Shown: positions 9,629 through 20,226 of the stretch, in pieces
Position numbering within the stretch: the first letter of the stretch is position 1
How the letters are laid out: the number at the start of each line of letters is the position of its first letter
NCBI GenBank assembly: GCA_963804995.1
Contig: CAWDSK010000002.1
Coordinates: forward strand, 576,001 to 640,000
Length of the DNA stretch: 64,000 bases
Direction of reading: 5' to 3'
DNA from: an uncultured Acidobacteriota bacterium
GTDB taxonomy: Bacteria; Acidobacteriota; Terriglobia; UBA7540
Translations under genes and position numbers: made by a program
Notes under the pieces: generated by a model
What the model was told of the DNA's origin: nothing
The model's input: only the letters and a program-made list of their open reading frames with translations
The model's database searches: none

Positions 9629-9773
9629 CGCGGTCCCCCGTTTTTGTGGGTCCGCGGCTCTTCATTTGAAAACCCGGGAATCCTAAGTCTGGGCGATGGT
9701 TTCCCTGCCACCCTGCATTTATTCAAATCGGGCACGAAGAACCGCAGACCTCAAGGGCGGAGGTCTGCGCTAC
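9625..9773. repeat. REPIN copy 6; its GTAG contains the mazF TAG stop
   Basis: GTAGCGCGGTCCCCCG...GAGGTCTGCGCTAC. Confidence 0.9.
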
Positions 9774-9835
9774 GCCGCTTCTGTGGACTCGTCGGTGAGG
9801 AGTTTGCAGTGACAACACCTTTAACAGGAGTTTCC

Positions 9836-10056
9836 CAGATTGATGAATCCAAGGGAGGAATGGGGTATATTCCCGCGAGCGATCCCAGGATTCACATCTG
9901 CCTGGGTAAGCGAACGAAGCTTGACTCCCTGGAGATTACCTGGCCGGTGGACACGTCGATCGCTTGGCCAATGTGCCGATCCATCAGATCATCGCCGTCA
10001 AAGAGGGGGCAGGGATCGTGCCGCGAACTTTTCCCGGGATTGCAAGCACGAAGTGA
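9836..10056 (+). pseudogene. ASPIC/UnbV (CRTAC1-family) C-terminal fragment, frameshifted
   Basis: QIDESKGGMGYIPASDPRIHICLGKRTKLDSLEITWP, then GHVDRLANVPIHQIIAVKEG in another frame. Confidence 0.6.
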
Positions 10057-10121
10057 GAAGAGATTCTTGCTTCGAAATGCCGGGTTGTTCTCAATTCTTA
10101 GCGTCAATTCCAGGGGAACAA

Positions 10122-11133
10122 ATGTCAAACAAAGTATCTCGCCGTAGTTTCCTGGCCACGTCCTGCCTTACAGCGACTGCTATTGCCAGGTCAGCGTCAA
10201 CAACGCAGCTCTCTACGAACCGTGCCGGGGAGACGGGTGCGAAGCTTGGCCGTTTCAATGGCACGGTGGCGATCTTTTACATCGCCCACTTCCAAGCCGT
10301 AAGCCGCGACTGGGACAGCATCGAGGAATACAAGGGCCCCTACCATCCGCTTCTCGGGTACTACCGCTACAAGACAAAGGATGACCGGCTCAAGCATTTG
10401 AAGTGGTTGCGGCGAGCCGGAGTGGACGCCATCGTCTATGACGTTCTATGGATTTGCCGAGTGGACGCCCATGGATATTGAAAAAGACCGGGTGCTCGCG
10501 TGGCTCCTCGAAGCCCTTGAGGACCAGGAGAAAGAGGCACGCAAGCTCCAACTGATTATTTGGGTCGAGCGGTATGATTCAAATCCAACTCTTGCGGAAT
10601 ACCATCACGCACTCAAGTACGTCCGGGAGCACGTGGCCCCCAAGCCGTACTACTTCCGGTTGAAGAACAAGCCCTTGGTGCTGACCTACATCAATGGCCC
10701 CGGGAACCCCGATCTGGACCAGTTAGAAAAGGAGACGGATGATTTTGCGCTGCGACGCGTGCGTGCCTATGACGGCACGGCGAACTGGTCATACTGCAAC
10801 GAATCGCCGCAGCCGGCGAATCACGAATGGATGCCTGTCTCACCCGGCATCGATCCGTTCCTGGAGAATGCGTATCTCGGAAAAAAGAAAGGTGAGCCGT
10901 TAGACGTTTCAACGTGGAAAAGGTTTGACCGCCAGGATGGCGAGTATTTCAAAAATCAGCTCCTCACCGCCCGCAAGGTTGATCCAGAGTTCATTTTCAT
11001 TTCGGGATGGAATGACTGGCAATATGGCCTCGAGATCGAACCGGCGGTCGAATATAGGTTTAAGTATGTAGACGAAGCTGCGCAATTACTCGGGCGCGAG
11101 GAAGAGACCAAGCCTTACCGGGACGAGGATTGA
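10122..11133 (+). CDS. Tat-exported GH99/GH71-like glycoside hydrolase; probable 1-nt indel near 10442
   Basis: SRRSFL Tat motif; HPLLGYY, AGVDAIVYD, PVSPG, FISGWNDW...IEP; two ORFs join by a single frameshift. Confidence 0.6.
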
Positions 11134-11146
11134 TCGAGCTTCCGGG

Positions 11147-11300
11147 TTGGCTAAACGCCCTTTGAATAGGCAATTCGCCTTGGACTCGCTAGGTCAGGAG
11201 TGCGTGAGCGATGCAACACAGCTCGTCATAATCGGATATTCATTACCGGGCACCGATGCCTCGTCGGTTTCAGTGCATAGAAACTTTGCGCCCGCCCTCC
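11147..11300 (+). pseudogene. SIR2-like domain C-terminal fragment
   Basis: ATQLVIIGYSLPGTD resembles the SIR2-like IGYSLPxxD motif. Confidence 0.45.
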
Positions 11301-11342
11301 TGAATCAGGACGGAAGTTGTCACAGAACTCCCCTCCTCAGAT

Positions 11343-11441
11343 GAGGCCGTCTCAGAACTGGCAAAAGCACAGTTTTTAGAACGAATAATCAATAACTTAC
11401 GCTGTGCAAAAGTATGAAATGCCTAGTTTTGAGACGGCCTC
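11343..11441. mobile_element. 99-bp MITE inserted in the loop of a CCCCTCCTC-hairpin repeat
   Basis: TIRs gaggccgtctcagaact / agttttgagacggcctc with AGAT duplicated on both sides; homolog at 59183-59281. Confidence 0.8.
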
Positions 11442-11901
11442 AGATGAGGAGGGGTGGCGCGCCGAGCGCCGGGGTGGTGCTGACAAGGTAAAGGCGTGGT
11501 GCTGATCGTGGCGTCAACCCACCGGAAATAGCTTGCGACTTGCGTACGACGCGGGAGTTGAGCGCCTTGGCTCTAACCTATGGCACTTTTCGCAGGTTGT
11601 CACCGATGACAGATTCTGCAATCCTGCACGGGCATGGGGCACTTCAAAGGGTAGGGCGTTTTACGGCCACATGGGTTGTTTTTGGTCTGCCCCCGTACTC
11701 CGGTTGGCCTAACTCCGCCTGTTTCGCTTTCGAAACTCTTTACAGGCACGTCAGAGAGCCGCTTGAAAGCTTTTGGTCTGATGTTTCATAATTGACTGAG
11801 GGCAGCGTTCACCCGTGCGGCATCACGTGGGGTCTGCACATATCCTCTTGCGAGGGCCGTGTGACTAGCCGACATATTGGCGGCGCGCGCCAGAGGATAG
11901 G

Positions 11902-13551
11902 ATGAAAATCGGACGAAACCAACCTTGTCCATGCGGTAGCGGCAAAAAGCATAAGTTTTGCTGCGGGCGACCTCTAACCCGCGTAGAGTCGGCGGCACCG
12001 TCGCCAAGTCACCCGGACATCCCAAAAATGATTGACCGGCATCGAGCCCAAGAACAGATTCGCGAGGCCCAGCAGGGTCTCGGTCGACCGATCGTAGCGT
12101 TTAAGAGGGACGATCAGCAGCATGTCGCAGTCGCAAATCGGGTTTTTTGGTCAAAAAAGTGGAAAACTTTTCCCGACTTTCTGTGCGATTACATTAAACA
12201 GATATTAGACCCAAAATGGGGCAATGCGGAAATTGCGAAGCCGCTGTGCGAACGCCACCCTATCCTGCAGTGGTACGATGCATTTTGTCGCTACCAGAAT
12301 GAAACGATCACAACGCCGGGCGTTGTACATTCAGCGCGGGTCACAGGAATCGTCGCATGTTATCTCGGGCTTGCATATAATCTCTATCTCCTGGACCATA
12401 ACGTCGAATTGCAAGCCCGCCTTCTTAAGCGATTGAAGGACCCAGGTAATTTTCAGGGCGCCTACTACGAACTGATGGTTGCGAACGTATTGGTCCGCGC
12501 AGGTTTCGCGCTTACGTTAGAAGACGAGACGGACCGTGCGTCTAAACATTGCGAATTTGCTGCCGTTTCGAAGGCATCCGGTAAGAGGTATTGGGTTGAA
12601 GCTAAGATGAAAGCCGTAAGCGGGTTCTTCGGAAAGACAGATAAGGACGGCACCAGCGATCCAAACCCCATATCGCACATGTTTCACCACTTGAACGCAG
12701 CACTGGCGAAACCCGCTATGGACGAGCGGCTCATATTCATTGACCTGAATTCTGATGATGGCCTTAGCAGCGATGTAAAGCCGGCCTGGATCGACCGCGC
12801 GGTCGCGCGGCTGGAGCTGTATGAATCTAAAGAGCTTTCCAAAGGAACTCAGGCCTACGTGTTCATTACCAACATGTCATATCATCGAAAGCTGAAAGAT
12901 GACATCCTGACCGCGGCTGTGCCATTCGGATTAGGTATTCCAGATTTCAATAGGCCCGGTTTCATGCGTCTCTCAGAAGTTTGGCGACGCAAACAGAAAC
13001 ATATCGACATGTTTAATATCAGTGCCGCCCTACGAAAGTACCCGCACTTGCCCGCCACCTTCGACGGCAGCTTGCCGTCAGAGTCCCTGCACGGGGAGCT
13101 CCCTCGGGTGATGATCGGGGAAACCTATTTTTTTGAAGGAGTCGGCGATGCCGGACTCCTCGGTACAGTCACGAGTGCTAGCGTTATTGAATCTCAAAGC
13201 GAGGTCCTTATCGGAGTGACCGAGCAGAACGGTGTTGGCCAGATCTTGCGCCAGCCCATTTCGCCGGCACAACTCGCCGATTACAAGGCTCACCCGGACG
13301 CTTACTTTGGGGTCGTCCGCCCCGCTCCCCGGAATGTGAAGGATAAGTTCGAACTATTCGAGTGGCTAATGGAGGTGCATAAGGGGTTGTCGAAAGAAGC
13401 GCTACTGGATCGCCTATCAAAACATCTAAGCATGGACACCTTGCAAATCAAAAGTCAATCCGATCTCCTCATCGACTATTGTGAGATACTGGCGGGGTCA
13501 GTCGAGGTTGATCGCCCCGGGGTCGGTCGGGATGCAACGATACCAGCCTAG
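11902..13551 (+). CDS. SEC-C zinc-motif protein with putative PD-(D/E)xK-like nuclease domain
   Basis: GRNQPCPCGSGKKHKFCC; YELMVA...HCEF...YWVEAK. Confidence 0.65.
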   Translation: MKIGRNQPCPCGSGKKHKFCCGRPLTRVESAAPSPSHPDIPKMIDRHRAQEQIREAQQGLGRPIVAFKRDDQQHVAVANRVFWSKKWKTFPDFLCDYIKQILDPKWGNAEIAKPLCERHPILQWYDAFCRYQNETITTPGVVHSARVTGIVACYLGLAYNLYLLDHNVELQARLLKRLKDPGNFQGAYYELMVANVLVRAGFALTLEDETDRASKHCEFAAVSKASGKRYWVEAKMKAVSGFFGKTDKDGTSDPNPISHMFHHLNAALAKPAMDERLIFIDLNSDDGLSSDVKPAWIDRAVARLELYESKELSKGTQAYVFITNMSYHRKLKDDILTAAVPFGLGIPDFNRPGFMRLSEVWRRKQKHIDMFNISAALRKYPHLPATFDGSLPSESLHGELPRVMIGETYFFEGVGDAGLLGTVTSASVIESQSEVLIGVTEQNGVGQILRQPISPAQLADYKAHPDAYFGVVRPAPRNVKDKFELFEWLMEVHKGLSKEALLDRLSKHLSMDTLQIKSQSDLLIDYCEILAGSVEVDRPGVGRDATIPA

Positions 13552-13892
13552 GTACTCTTCTGTCGTTTTTTGGGTTTGCCCTACTTCTCTGCTCGTGTTT
13601 GGTTATGTGCTGCCCGGTGGGAAGGACGCGGCAGCGCAGGGAAGAGAACCGTTCCGACAAAACCCTCCGCCGCAGCCGTGACATGCCCGCCGATTGTACT
13701 TCGCGACCGCGATGGCGGAACGAGAGGCCGATTTTCCTGGGAGAATAATTTAGGTCCGTTCACCGCGGCCCTGTAAGTAGTGGTTGCGGCCACATCGACA
13801 TTCTTTGTGGCCGATTGCTTTGACCGGTTTGGTTGCGGCCTAGCCGCGCTGCGTTGCCCGCGAGCACGAGTGGTCCCCCCCTGTCACACTGG

Positions 13893-14639
13893 CTAGCGGG
13901 CCGACTTTTCGAGCGGCGACAACACGAAGCGAGCAAATCCTTTCCCGATATCCGTCGCGCGCCCGATGAATTCCACGTGTTGCTGCTTGCGTTGGTACAT
14001 GTCCTGTGGCCCTCTCGCGACAAGATGTTGCGGCATCGCGATGAGGCCGCGGTCCATCAGATCCTTGACAACCTGATGGAACATTGGAAAATCTGGATCG
14101 AACGGAAGATCAAACATGTCTGTGCGACGCGGGTTAACGAATAGCTCCAGCACCCTCAAATGCGAGGGGGTGAACATATCGATTAAATTCAGGTAGAAGC
14201 TTTGAATCTCTTCGTTCGGTTCCTTGCGGGTAGCCACATTCATCAGCGAGTTCCGCAGTGCCTCTAGCTTTTCCTTCTGATGACTGCGCATGGCGATTTG
14301 CGTAGCATATTGAACTGCTGAGATAAACGACGGGTTATCTTGCAGCGATTCAACGGAAAGGCCTTTAACGCACCTCTGAAGCTCTTGAATGGCAGCGCAC
14401 ACATTCTCCATCCACTCATCCATCCTCTTAGCAAGCGGGGGTCGTAAAAGAGCGGCGAAGACCTCCGCCGCAGGTCCGCCCAGTACGGGAATGCCACTGA
14501 TTCCAGCCTTAGCAATCGTATGAAGCGCATCCCCCAATGCTGGTGTGGGGCGCGCGAGGTCACCCTGGACGCCGGGGGCCCCTCGATTCCCCCCGCGCCT
14601 CAGCTCAGTATCCCGGTTTTTTGCCAAAGTCCGTTCCAT
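13893..14639 (-). CDS. Hypothetical protein, Abi-alpha-like helical pattern; true start probably further downstream
   Basis: ISGIPVLGGPAAE...QKEKLEALRNSL...FYLNLIDMFTPSHLRVL. Confidence 0.55.
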   Translation of the reverse strand: MERTLAKNRDTELRRGGNRGAPGVQGDLARPTPALGDALHTIAKAGISGIPVLGGPAAEVFAALLRPPLAKRMDEWMENVCAAIQELQRCVKGLSVESLQDNPSFISAVQYATQIAMRSHQKEKLEALRNSLMNVATRKEPNEEIQSFYLNLIDMFTPSHLRVLELFVNPRRTDMFDLPFDPDFPMFHQVVKDLMDRGLIAMPQHLVARGPQDMYQRKQQHVEFIGRATDIGKGFARFVLSPLEKSAR

Positions 14640-14827
14640 GGCTCACCCCTCGGCGGAAAGTGGATGCCTGCTGTGCCACCGCCTCAAAGGGCAACTGAGG
14701 CCATGGCACGTTCCGGCTGTTGAAGGCCGGGGATGGCGCAGATATGCTTCCCAACGTCTGTCGTTTCCCTAGTTACCGGAAAATTCCCGCTGACTTCGGC
14801 CCTCACCGAGAGTATACTCCCGCTGCC

Positions 14828-14905
14828 ATGCCCTTTTACCACTGCACTTGCAGTCCCTGTCAATTACAATTCATCACCGCAAGCACGTTCCGGCGCCCGC
14901 GGCCA
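14828..14905 (+). pseudogene. Possible N-terminal remnant of a REP-associated tyrosine transposase (RAYT)
   Basis: MPFYHCTCSPCQLQFITASTFRRP resembles the RAYT/Y1 N-terminal xFITxxTxxR strand; preceded by a degenerate GCGCAGA..TCTG hairpin. Confidence 0.35.
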
Positions 14906-15075
14906 TCCACCCGATTCCGAGGATCGACCGTCTTTTGCTGCCCGCCGACGAGCGCACACGCATATGACGAAAAGCCGCAGAGTCTCTGGGCAGTGGGACT
15001 CTACTACCCTCTGTCCCGATCGATCGGGGATGTTTTCAGGCAACAGGAAGAGTTCGACCGTAGCGGCCGTTTGGA

Positions 15076-16113
15076 TCACTCGACCGCCAACTTCCGCCGG
15101 GCACGGAGGCCAGGATCGTCAGCAAGCATTTTCAGCGGCAGCGAGAAATCCTGCTTCGAGGAAACAATCCACCGACTCGCATAGAGCATCTGCAACGAGT
15201 TCACGCGAGTCACAACCTGAGGATGATGGGCGGAGGCGGTGCCGGCCTCCATCGGTTCGATTTCCTGGTTCACGCGATCCCGATTTTCTTTCATCTCCTC
15301 TAGAAAAGTTGCCGCACCTGCCGGCAAGCCTCCCGAAGCCATCCTGTTTTCAAACTCCTCGTAACCGGCTCTAACTCTTCGCGCGCCCTCGAACAATTCC
15401 TCCATCAAGGCCGGATCAGTCATCGCAAGACAGAGCGTAGAACTCAGAGGGAGATAGATCGTCACACCCGGCGACGCGAGGCCCAAGGAGCCGCTGCCTC
15501 TAATCAAATCGTTATCCACTACGATGGGATGATCCCCGACGTGAAACGGATCATCGGACGTACTTCCAATGAGGTGCCAGTATTTCGAAAGAAAATGAGG
15601 CCCATATTTCCGCGGCGCTTCGGCCAGCATACTCATCGAGAACGCCTTGATCTCCTCGTCGGAAAGCATCTTGAAATTCGAGACTTCGGAAGGGTCGATA
15701 GCGCGTTCACGAAGGGCCTCAGCGACGCCTTCGTTCAAGTCTTTGATGCGATCGCGAAATCCCTGCGTTCGAAGCATCTGCACAGCGCAGAAGCTCGCAA
15801 TGGTGAAACGCTCCTCCTTTGTGAGAGCGGACAATTTCTGGTCGCGGACCAGCCGAACGAGTATCGGACTTAGGATGCCCTCGAGCTCCGAGAGCGGTTC
15901 TTCGAGGCTTAGCGTCTGGCCGTTGACTTCGATTTCGTAGAATCGCGTGCCCGACAACACGCCCCTGATATTCGCGGGAAAAACTTTGCCGGTCTGCTTG
16001 TCGAAGCACCAGACTTGTTGGCTTCCCTTTCTTGCCGATGGGTCGTTGGCGTGCAGCCGCAACAGCACCTGAGGCACGTAATGTTGTACCTCCGCTTTTC
16101 CGTCTGTCCTCAT
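15076..16113 (-). CDS. DUF4238 domain protein
   Basis: QHYVPQVLLR N-terminus, FY...SLE, AVQMLRT, GDHPIV, IYLPLSSTLCL. Confidence 0.8.
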   Translation of the reverse strand: MRTDGKAEVQHYVPQVLLRLHANDPSARKGSQQVWCFDKQTGKVFPANIRGVLSGTRFYEIEVNGQTLSLEEPLSELEGILSPILVRLVRDQKLSALTKEERFTIASFCAVQMLRTQGFRDRIKDLNEGVAEALRERAIDPSEVSNFKMLSDEEIKAFSMSMLAEAPRKYGPHFLSKYWHLIGSTSDDPFHVGDHPIVVDNDLIRGSGSLGLASPGVTIYLPLSSTLCLAMTDPALMEELFEGARRVRAGYEEFENRMASGGLPAGAATFLEEMKENRDRVNQEIEPMEAGTASAHHPQVVTRVNSLQMLYASRWIVSSKQDFSLPLKMLADDPGLRARRKLAVE

Positions 16114-16721
16114 TTCAAAGCACGGCCTTCCAGGGGCTACACCGACGCCACAATGGATCCGCTACCTGCCGATTGTCTATGATCGTCTCGCAGTTGGGTC
16201 CGAACGCGCTTCTGATCCTGTCCATTAATGTAAGCTACACGCAGTTCTGGCCGGAATTTCCATTATGGTTGCGGACCGACCGACACGGTACTATTAGGCA
16301 GCCATAATTGCAATGACCAGCCCGCGTGAGGCGCATTCATTGGAGTTTATGTCTGCGACCCGAGCCTCCCGCTACGACCCATGGAAATCCTTCAGGCATA
16401 AGAAGCATTGTTTGCGCCTCCCAGGCTTTGGTTGAGTCCCCCGCAAGTCTTGTCACCTTGACGGGTTATCGCCTAACCGGAGATCTAAGCTTCACGATCC
16501 CGAGAGGCCGTGAGCAGAAATAGCTGCTCTGTAGTCGCCCTGTGTTTGCCGATGAGTCCGTAGGGTCAATCCGAGGGTCTGTATGAACAACGGGGCATCT
16601 GGAACAATCGTATAACGCCCCGAGGCGGGTCAAGTTAGCGCTTCCGCCCCAACAAGGTCCGACCCTGAAAGGGTCGATTCCGTGTAGTGGCGCGTCACCC
16701 TTGTGCCTCGCGGGGAGAAGG

Positions 16722-17986
16722 CTACTTTCTCCCCTCTCCGGTGGCGAAGCCATGCAGCTTCACTTCCACTTTCTCTTCCAGGCCGTCGTAGTACTCCTTC
16801 AGAATGGCGATAACTTCAGGTTTGGAGAATTCCGCTGGAACCGGCTTCCCTTCGCTCATCAATTTGCGAAGTAATGTTCCCGAGAGCAGCAGGCGCGCTC
16901 CGCCCTTATAGTTGCCATTCTCATCGATCACGGCCTTGGTATCGTGGGGGCAGGTCTTCATCGACGCCATGCTTCCACATTCGTAACAATAAAAAGTCCA
17001 ATCCATGCACAGAGGGCGCAGCAGTAAGGCGTCGGCAGGAATCTCCGCGAAGATTTTCTGGGCGTCAAAGGGACCGTAGTAGTCGCCCACGCCGGCGTGG
17101 TCGCGTCCCACAATCAGGTGGGTGCAACCATAATTCTGGCGGAACACGGCGTGCAGCAGAGCTTCGCGCGGTCCGGCGTAGCGCATCTCCATCGGGTAGC
17201 CGCCCTGGATGACGCGGTCCTTGCGGAAATACTTGTTCACCAGCGCGTCGATGGCCTTCACGCGCACTTCCGCCGGGATGTCGCCGGGCTTGAGTTTGCC
17301 CACCAGTTGGTGAACGTACACACCATCGCAAACCTCGATGGCGATCCAGGCAAGGTAGGCATGGGAATTGTGCATGGGGTTGCGGGTTTGCATGGCGGCC
17401 ACCGTGTTCCACCCGCGCTCCGCAAACAGCTTGCGGGCGTCGGCGGGACGCTGGTAAATGCCCTTGAACATTTCCGGGTAATAGGATTCCGATAGGACTT
17501 TCACGGGTCCGGCGAGATTTACGGGTCCCTGCTCCATAACTTTTTGCACGCCGGGGTGCGCGGAATCCGTGGTGCGGAAAACCTGCCGGCACTCATGCGC
17601 TTTGTCGATGGCGTACTTCTCCGTGACCTTCAGCGTGCCCATGATGGAATCGGTTTCCGTGTCCCAGAGCGCCACCTCCTCGCCGATCGCAATCGAATCT
17701 GCCAGGTCCTGACTGGCCGAAAGGGTAATCGGGATGGGCCAGAAGAGACCTTTGTGGCTCGGCAGGCTGTAAGTGTCACAGCAACCTTGCCAGTCGTCCT
17801 TGCCCATGAAGCCCTCGAGGGCGTGAACGCTCCGATTCCCAGCATGATGAGATCGCTGGTTTCCCGGGTGGTCATGGGAACCTTTTTCAGACTTTGCGCT
17901 TTCTTGTTTTCCTCTTCGAGCCGCCGGCCTTCGAGAAGCAGGGGCTTGAGCTCACGACTACCGTGAGGAAAAATCAGACTGCTCAT
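16722..17986 (-). CDS. sat: Sulfate adenylyltransferase (ATP sulfurylase); probable 1-nt indel near 17820
   Basis: PHG N-terminus, [52 protein letters not shown], CxxC..CPH; AAGGAGG RBS. Confidence 0.93.
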
Positions 17987-18160
17987 TCATACCTCCTTAC
18001 CCACTTTGGCGAGCGCCAGCACGTCCTCCGGGATCAGGCGGTCGTAGACAATCACGTCGGCAGCCGCGAGAAGTCCGGCGGCTTTCAGGGTGAGCAGTTC
18101 CGGATGGCCGGGACCCGCGCCCACCAAATAGACTTTCCCGGGTTGGATCAAGACGGTCGC
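17987..18160 (-). pseudogene. cobA: Truncated uroporphyrinogen-III C-methyltransferase (CobA/CysG), N-terminus only
   Basis: [20 protein letters not shown]...ADVIVYDRL, ending at the sat RBS. Confidence 0.8.
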
Positions 18161-18587
18161 TCTCCCCACGCTGCCCATTGCATCCGGGCGGATGCTTAAC
18201 CATCATATCACGGCGAACGCAGGCACAGCCGTGCGGCTGGTGCGCCGGCGCTGCCTGCTGCCGGTTGCCTTCCGGCGAGAGTTGGGATAAGAGCCTGGGG
18301 TGGGAAAATCTGCACGTTCAGCTCGAACGAGGGGCGAAGAGGGCGGGTTCGGCGTCGCGCGCTTCCCTCCTCGGCTCTTGCAGGCCCACGACTTTTTGTC
18401 AATGTGGGACATGTCCCATTAGTTGCTCTTAGCGGGGCGTAGCGAGCGAGGTCCCACTTAATTCCCCAACTTCATGCGTTTTGCGCAAGGACTTTTCACT
18501 TGCGATTCCGTCATGCGGCACGGCCGGATTTTGGGAGACTGCTTGCTCCATGGCGCGCGGCAGGTGAGCGTAAGTCTGCGCGCTCGG

Positions 18588-19988
18588 CTAATTTTTGGCG
18601 GGGGGCGCAGCTTGGTTGATGGCGTCGATCAGGTCATCGCCGCCACCCGCAGCGCGGATCTCTTTCCAGTCGTCCGGCGTCGGGGAAAACTTGATGCCGC
18701 GTGCCTTCACTAATTCGGCCACTCGCGCGCTGGGCACCTCACCTTGTAACAAGCTGACGATTTCAGCTTTGCCCAACGCCTTCGAGTTATTGGATTCGAC
18801 GGGCTGTGCTTTGGGTGCTGCGGGCGTGAGGTGAGCAACGAATTCCACTTTGGATTGGCCATGAGCACTATTGACGGCACTCACTTCAAAACGGTTTTCG
18901 CCGGGCTGAAGAGTGAGAGGGTCGGACGTGAATTGGGCTGCCTGCGCGCTGGTGGGGCGCATCGTCACGGACCTCCCGTTGACGGTGACGACGGGAATGC
19001 CGGAGGCGTCCATAACCACGCCGCGGATGATGAGGGGAGAACTCGTGACCTCCACGGTCTGCCCCACACCGGCTGCGGAGGGTTCAATCAGAACAATCGT
19101 GGGCACGGATGCGGGCGGTTGGGTCACGGTTACGAGAACGCTGGCCGCCTTCGTTCCCGCTGGACCGGTAGCGGTCAGCGTGTAATTCGTGGAGTCCTGC
19201 GGCACCACCGTCATACCCCCCGATGCTGCCACTCGGCCGACGCCGGGTTCAAGGTCGAGGCTGGTGGCGTTGCTGGAAGCCCAGACCAGCGTCACAGCGT
19301 GCCCCTTTTCCACTGTGGAGGGTTCGGCGTGAAAGCTTACATCCAAGGAGGCAGGGGCCGGCGGCTTCACCTCCGCCAGGACGCTATCAAAATTCTGCAT
19401 GGCCCGTTGGATTGCCATCGTTCCTGCGAGGTTCCTCAGGGAAAACTCCGCGAAGCTGCGGGGCTTTCCCGCCACCACCCCCCAGAAGTCTTGCGGCAGG
19501 TAGATGAGCAGTGGCCCTCGATTGGCAAAGGTGATTTGCAGAAGACTCTTCACGAGTCTGATGTCTTGGATTTCACTTAAACTGACTTCAAACCCCTCGC
19601 TTCCTGCGGTGCTTTCCTGAGCAACTAGATAATCAACGCCTCCCGGCACGAACTTCGAACGGGGCGACGGCTTGGCTTTCCCTCCCGACTCAACCACCGT
19701 GTATCTAACACCAGTCCGGGTCACATCGAGCCAACCGCAAGAAATGGAAGAGCTCTCATTCACCGAGACTGGATACCGCAAGGTTGGGTTGGAATCGGCA
19801 TTCAACAATTGGGGCTTGGGCGCCTCGCCGGCTTCTGGAGAAACGGCCGGAGACACAGCACCTTTTTTGGCCTTGGCCGACCCAATCCTGCCCATTCCGA
19901 CTTGGATGGCCTCGACATTTAGAAAAGGAAGGAGAACTAAGATGACTAATAGCAAACAAGTCCGGCGGAAGCGTAAGCTGCGAGGCAT
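18588..19988 (-). CDS. Secreted hypothetical protein with Ig-like domains
   Basis: Signal peptide ending VEA; Ig-like repeats (VTLVWASSNATSL..YTLTATG; LTLQPGENRFEVSA). Confidence 0.7.
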   Translation of the reverse strand: MPRSLRFRRTCLLLVILVLLPFLNVEAIQVGMGRIGSAKAKKGAVSPAVSPEAGEAPKPQLLNADSNPTLRYPVSVNESSSISCGWLDVTRTGVRYTVVESGGKAKPSPRSKFVPGGVDYLVAQESTAGSEGFEVSLSEIQDIRLVKSLLQITFANRGPLLIYLPQDFWGVVAGKPRSFAEFSLRNLAGTMAIQRAMQNFDSVLAEVKPPAPASLDVSFHAEPSTVEKGHAVTLVWASSNATSLDLEPGVGRVAASGGMTVVPQDSTNYTLTATGPAGTKAASVLVTVTQPPASVPTIVLIEPSAAGVGQTVEVTSSPLIIRGVVMDASGIPVVTVNGRSVTMRPTSAQAAQFTSDPLTLQPGENRFEVSAVNSAHGQSKVEFVAHLTPAAPKAQPVESNNSKALGKAEIVSLLQGEVPSARVAELVKARGIKFSPTPDDWKEIRAAGGGDDLIDAINQAAPPAKN

Positions 19989-20226
19989 AAAGGGACCCCT
20001 CCATGCGAGGGAGGCGGGCCGATTATAGCGTACCCGGCTTGGCGATAGCAATTGCGCTGGACCATGCGCCAAATGAGACTCGGGGCGAATTGTGAACTGA
20101 ACAATGGCCTTGAAAGGCCTTGGATAATTCACCCAACTGCTGAACACGAACATTATTCATCCATGGAGCATGTGGTGGTTTGCGGGGTGTCGGTACGCGC
20201 CACTGCCCATCAGGCGCCAGGCAGGT

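Noticed and set aside
11500..16700. Integron cassette array
   Set aside because: No integron integrase, no convincing attC sites, and genes lie in mixed orientation
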